DNA of 64,000 nucleotides from Francisella sp. (GTDB lineage Bacteria; Pseudomonadota; Gammaproteobacteria; Francisellales; Francisellaceae): NCBI GenBank assembly GCA_038141505.1, contig JAYQIE010000042.1, positions 3,903 to 67,902 of the forward strand, read 5' to 3'. Shown piece by piece: positions 60,358 to 64,000 of this stretch (position 1 is its first letter; each line of letters starts with the position of its first letter). The notes under the pieces were generated by a model. It saw only the letters and a program-made list of their open reading frames with translations, ran no database searches and was not told where the DNA came from. The position numbers and the translations under genes were made by a program.

Positions 60358-60449
60358 GTTTGTTATAAAAAATAAATCAATGATTATTCACTATAGCTTG
60401 TCTGAAAGCAAAACTCCAATAAATAACGATGGAAAGTAAGAAAAATATA

Positions 60450-61370
60450 TTATTTGTAGTTTATTTCAGCAACCATACATCTAGCAGTACCGCCACCTAC
60501 ATCCTCTATTGTTTTCATATGGCATGGAGTCTTGTACAGTGCTGATCTATGATCTTTTTTTGCTCATTAGTGAACCCCATATCAGCCATAGCCGACAATA
60601 TTAAGTAGCTTAATCCTTGCTTATTCTTAAGTTCTAAACTGTTGCAACAGCGAAGAAGTATTTGTTCTTTAGATACATCAACAATTGTTTTTTGAAGCTT
60701 GAAGTGCTTTGGTAACAAGCTCTCTCTCTTCTTCACACTTAATCGATTCTAAACAAACAAATATTAGTTTCTCACCTATGCTAAGTATTTGAGTTGTCTG
60801 ATAAACAGGATTATTTTTATAGTCGTAACTTGTGAAGCTAATCAAATCATATCCTAGTTCATCGGCTACTTTTTTGCAAGCGTTTCATCTGAACGAGAAG
60901 ATTTAGACAAGAAAACTTTTTCTCGGCATTATCAAAGACTAATGAAGCATTACCTTCAAGAGCTTTTGAGTGATCCCCACGAAAATTTTTAACTTTAAAT
61001 TTGATGTTAAGTTCTTCTTCTAACCTTTTTAGTAGCTCTTTTGTTTGGACTTCACATCTGCGACTTTCAGCGTACATTGGATATATAAAAACATAGGGTT
61101 CACCATCAATTATATGTGTGGAGAGCCAATCATTGGTAAATACAGCATCAGAAGCACCTTTAGGTGACTTCATTATTATAACTTTTATATTTTAACTCTA
61201 ATATAATTGACCATTTCATAAAATTCATCTTTGGCTAAAGATTGGATGGCTTTTCCTTTGAATTTAACTTCTTTTCTAAATGATTCGTTATCAATATCGG
61301 TTTCATATGTAGTTGTAGCAAAATAGTCAGGATCTACCATTAATACAGTATCTGATACTTGGGAAGACAT
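60450..61370 (-). CDS. Divergent CtlX-like amidinotransferase paralogue (fragmented)
   Basis: SDAVFTNDWLS, ALEGNAS, PVYQTTQI, GGGTARCMVAEI. Confidence 0.82.
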
Positions 61371-61435
61371 TTGAGCCTCTTAGGGTTTAAAAAATTCTTT
61401 ACTGACTAAACTATACATCAGTAAGTATCAAAATT

Positions 61436-61958
61436 CTAATTAAAAGTGAGGGAAGAATAGTGGAAATTAATTTTTTCAAATACATTGAATGTGAAGTCAA
61501 ATTCATTTTTATCATCTTTAGAATACTCTCTACGACCTATGCTTTTATACTTGCTTTTGTCCCAGCTAGGGAAGAAGGCGTCTAAGTCTGTCATTTGTGC
61601 ATCTACTTCTGTGATGTAGAGTCTATCAGCATGAGGAAGAAATTCTTTGTAGATTTCCGCACCACCTATTACAAATATTTCATAGTGAGGCTTTGATTCT
61701 GCAAAATTTAAAATCTCTTGTACACTATTTATAATTAGACATTTCTCTTGTTTGTAATCTCTGTCTCTAGTGAGAATTATGTTTTTGCGATTAGGTAAAG
61801 GTCTACCGATAGAGTCAAATGTCTTTCTACACCCATGACTATATAGTTATTTTCAGTGATTTTTTGAAGTTTTTTAAGTCTTCGGATAGTTTCCATGCAA
61901 GAGTGTTTTTCTTGCCAATACCGAGGTTTTTATTATAAGCGACAATTAGTGATATCAT
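61436..61958 (-). CDS. folA: Dihydrofolate reductase (frameshifted; not in ORF track; 3' end approximate)
   Basis: MISLIVAYNKNLGIGKKNTLAWKLSEDL, VMGRKTFDSIGRPLPNRKNIIL, IFVIGGAEIY, DAFFP. Confidence 0.92.
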
Positions 61959-62102
61959 GGCTATTTAGTTCTTTGTATAAATTTTGAAAATATTGTAACA
62001 GTTTCGATTATTAAAAAATACACTTTGTAATTTATTGTATACCTATGATAGAATACACAGGCTTATAAAAGTTGTAAGCAAACATGTTTAATTTAAAAAA
62101 TC

Positions 62103-62180
62103 ATGTACCTTAAAAACAACCTATTCAAAGGGTGTCTGTGATGGATGTTTGAAGCGGTTTAGGTATTAGATATAACCCCA
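62103..62180 (+). promoter_or_regulatory. rpsB leader (S2 autoregulatory / t44-like element)
   Basis: GGGTG and TAACCCC motifs (pseudoknot partners) as in gammaproteobacterial rpsB leaders. Confidence 0.55.
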
Positions 62181-62195
62181 AATAAGGAAAATAAA

Positions 62196-62930
62196 ATGTC
62201 TTTAATGAAAGAAATGTTGCAAGCGGGTGTTCACTTTGGACACAAAAAAGCTTTCTGGAACCCTCAAATGAATGAATTCATCTTTGGTATTAACCACGGT
62301 GTTCATATTATCAACCTAGAAAAAACTGTGCCTTTATTTCAAGATGCAGTAAACTTCGTAGGCAAAACTGTTGCTAACGGTGGTAAGGTTATGTTTGTTG
62401 GTACAAAAAGACAAGCTCAAAACATTATTGAGACTGAAGCTACTAGATGTGGCATGCCTTTTGTAAGCCATAGATGGTTAGGTGGAATGCTTACTAACTA
62501 CAAGACAGTTAAGCAATCTATCAAAAGATTATCTCAATTAGAAAAAATGAGAGATGACGGTACTTTTGAATCTTTGACGAAAAAAGAAATGCTTCAAAAT
62601 ACTAGGACTATCGCTAAGCTTGAGAAAGTTCTTGGTGGTATCAAAGAAATGGGTGGTATTCCAGATGCTATCGTTGTTATTGATAGTAACAAAGAGCATA
62701 TTGCTATTCAAGAAGCTCAAAAGCTTGGTATTAAAGTAGTATCTGTTGTAGATACTAACTCAAACCCTGAAGGTATTGATTATATCATTCCTGGTAATGA
62801 TGATGCTGTTAAGGCTATATCTTTCTACATGAGCAAATTTGCTGATGCAATTATCGATGCTCAAGGTTTAGATAAAGTTCTTGAAGCAAAGGGCGATACT
62901 GCTGAAGTTAAACAAGCTGAAGATAAATAG
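62196..62930 (+). CDS. rpsB: 30S ribosomal protein S2
   Basis: [29 protein letters not shown]. Confidence 0.98.
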   Translation: MSLMKEMLQAGVHFGHKKAFWNPQMNEFIFGINHGVHIINLEKTVPLFQDAVNFVGKTVANGGKVMFVGTKRQAQNIIETEATRCGMPFVSHRWLGGMLTNYKTVKQSIKRLSQLEKMRDDGTFESLTKKEMLQNTRTIAKLEKVLGGIKEMGGIPDAIVVIDSNKEHIAIQEAQKLGIKVVSVVDTNSNPEGIDYIIPGNDDAVKAISFYMSKFADAIIDAQGLDKVLEAKGDTAEVKQAEDK

Positions 62931-62941
62931 GAGCTACAACA

Positions 62942-63808
62942 ATGTCAAATATTTCTGCTAAATTAGTAAAAGAACTTAGAGAAAGAACTGGTGCTGGTAT
63001 GATGGAGTGTAAAAAGCTCTGGTTGCCACTGAAGGTGATATTGAAAAAAGCTGCTGAAGAGATGAGAATCTGGTCAAGCTAAAGCTGATAAAAAAGCTTC
63101 TCGTATCGCAGCGGAAGGTGTGATTGAGGCTTATACTGCTGATGGTAGAGCTGTTTTGATTGAGATAAACTCTGAGACAGATTTCGTGGCTCGTGATGAT
63201 AGCTTCAAAGCTTTCGCGGCTGCTGCTGTAAAAGCTGCTCATGCTGCAAATGCTAAAACTATCGAAGAAGTTTTAGAAGCTGATATGGGTGGTCAAACTG
63301 TTGAGCAAGCTAAAAAAACTTTAGTTTCTAAAATCGGTGAAAACATTCAAGTGCGTAGAATGAAAGCTGTAGAAGCTTCAAACTTAGGTGCTTACATCCA
63401 TACTGGTAAGATTGGTGTGGTAGCTGCTTTAGAGGGCGGTGAAGAAGATCTTGCTAAAGATGTAGCTATGCACATTGCAGCAGTAAATCCACTAGTTGTA
63501 TCTGGTGATGATGTTCCTGCTGATGTTGTGCAAAAAAGAAAAAGATATTTTCACAGCTCAAGCACAAGAAAGCGGTAAGCCTGCTGAGATTATCGAGAAG
63601 ATGATTGGTGGTAGAATCCGTAAATTCTTAGACGAAGTAGCTTTTACTTGGTCAGTCTTTTGTGAAAAATCCTGATATAAAAGTTGAGCAACTTGTTAAG
63701 CAACATAATGCTAAAGTAGTTAGTTTTATTCGTTTAGATGTTGGTGAAGGCATCGAGAAAAAAGAAGAAGATTTTGCTGCTGAGGTAATGAATCAAATCA
63801 AAGGCTAA
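62942..63808 (+). CDS. tsf: Elongation factor Ts (indel breaks)
   Basis: [55 protein letters not shown]. Confidence 0.96.
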
Positions 63809-63817
63809 TCAATCTAT

Positions 63818-64000
63818 ATGTCTAGCAATACGCAAGATTTATCTAATAATGCTCCTAAGCTTAAAAGAGTTTTACTCAAGCTAAGTGGAGAATCACTTTC
63901 TGCAGACCAGGTTTTGGAATAAGCGTTGACTCTGCAAAATCTATTCTAACCCAAATAAAGACACTTGTTGACTCAGGTATTGAGCTAGCTATAGTTGTCG
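63818..64000 (+). CDS. pyrH: UMP kinase, 5' part
   Basis: KRVLLKLSGESL; rpsB-tsf-pyrH synteny. Confidence 0.92.

Noticed and set aside
5428-63242. Many short antisense/overlapping ORFs in the track (e.g. 7057, 8460, 16738, 27775, 49665, 62538)
   Set aside because: They overlap well-supported genes on the other strand or frame and have no motifs of their own.

Overview
AT-rich bacterial chromosomal window. Gene content and order (cydABX, cyoABCDE, moxR/vWA/TPR 'Bat' locus, DUF3568 lipoprotein, gltA-sdh-suc-apt-glmM-tpiA-secG-tRNA-Leu-recCBD, folA-rpsB-tsf-pyrH) point to Francisellaceae. Most genes, including essential ones (valS, tsf, folA, priA), are split by single-base indels, mostly at homopolymers, and even the tRNA lacks one G. 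I read these as uncorrected long-read errors, not pseudogenes. The main hidden signal is a family of ~28-34 bp palindromic repeats (GTCATTCC...GGAATCTC, CGTC/RPE-like). Eleven copies sit in frame inside coding sequences, and all 11 are in the DNA repair/restart genes priA (1), recC (1), recB (8) and recD (1), adding up to ~60 aa per site. About five further copies are intergenic. One 81-bp doublet occurs twice in recB in the same frame. The window also holds: two copies of a ~260-bp MITE in the grxD/sodB and gltA/sdhC divergent promoter regions, one carrying a nested 158-bp second MITE; an IS3-family element that has removed the 5' part of lldD; a lone GTAG REP; a three-motif 9-bp VNTR in the TPR gene; a Cys-paired beta-propeller gene inside recCBD; and tandem CtlX-like amidinotransferase paralogues, one with the catalytic His replaced by Gln.
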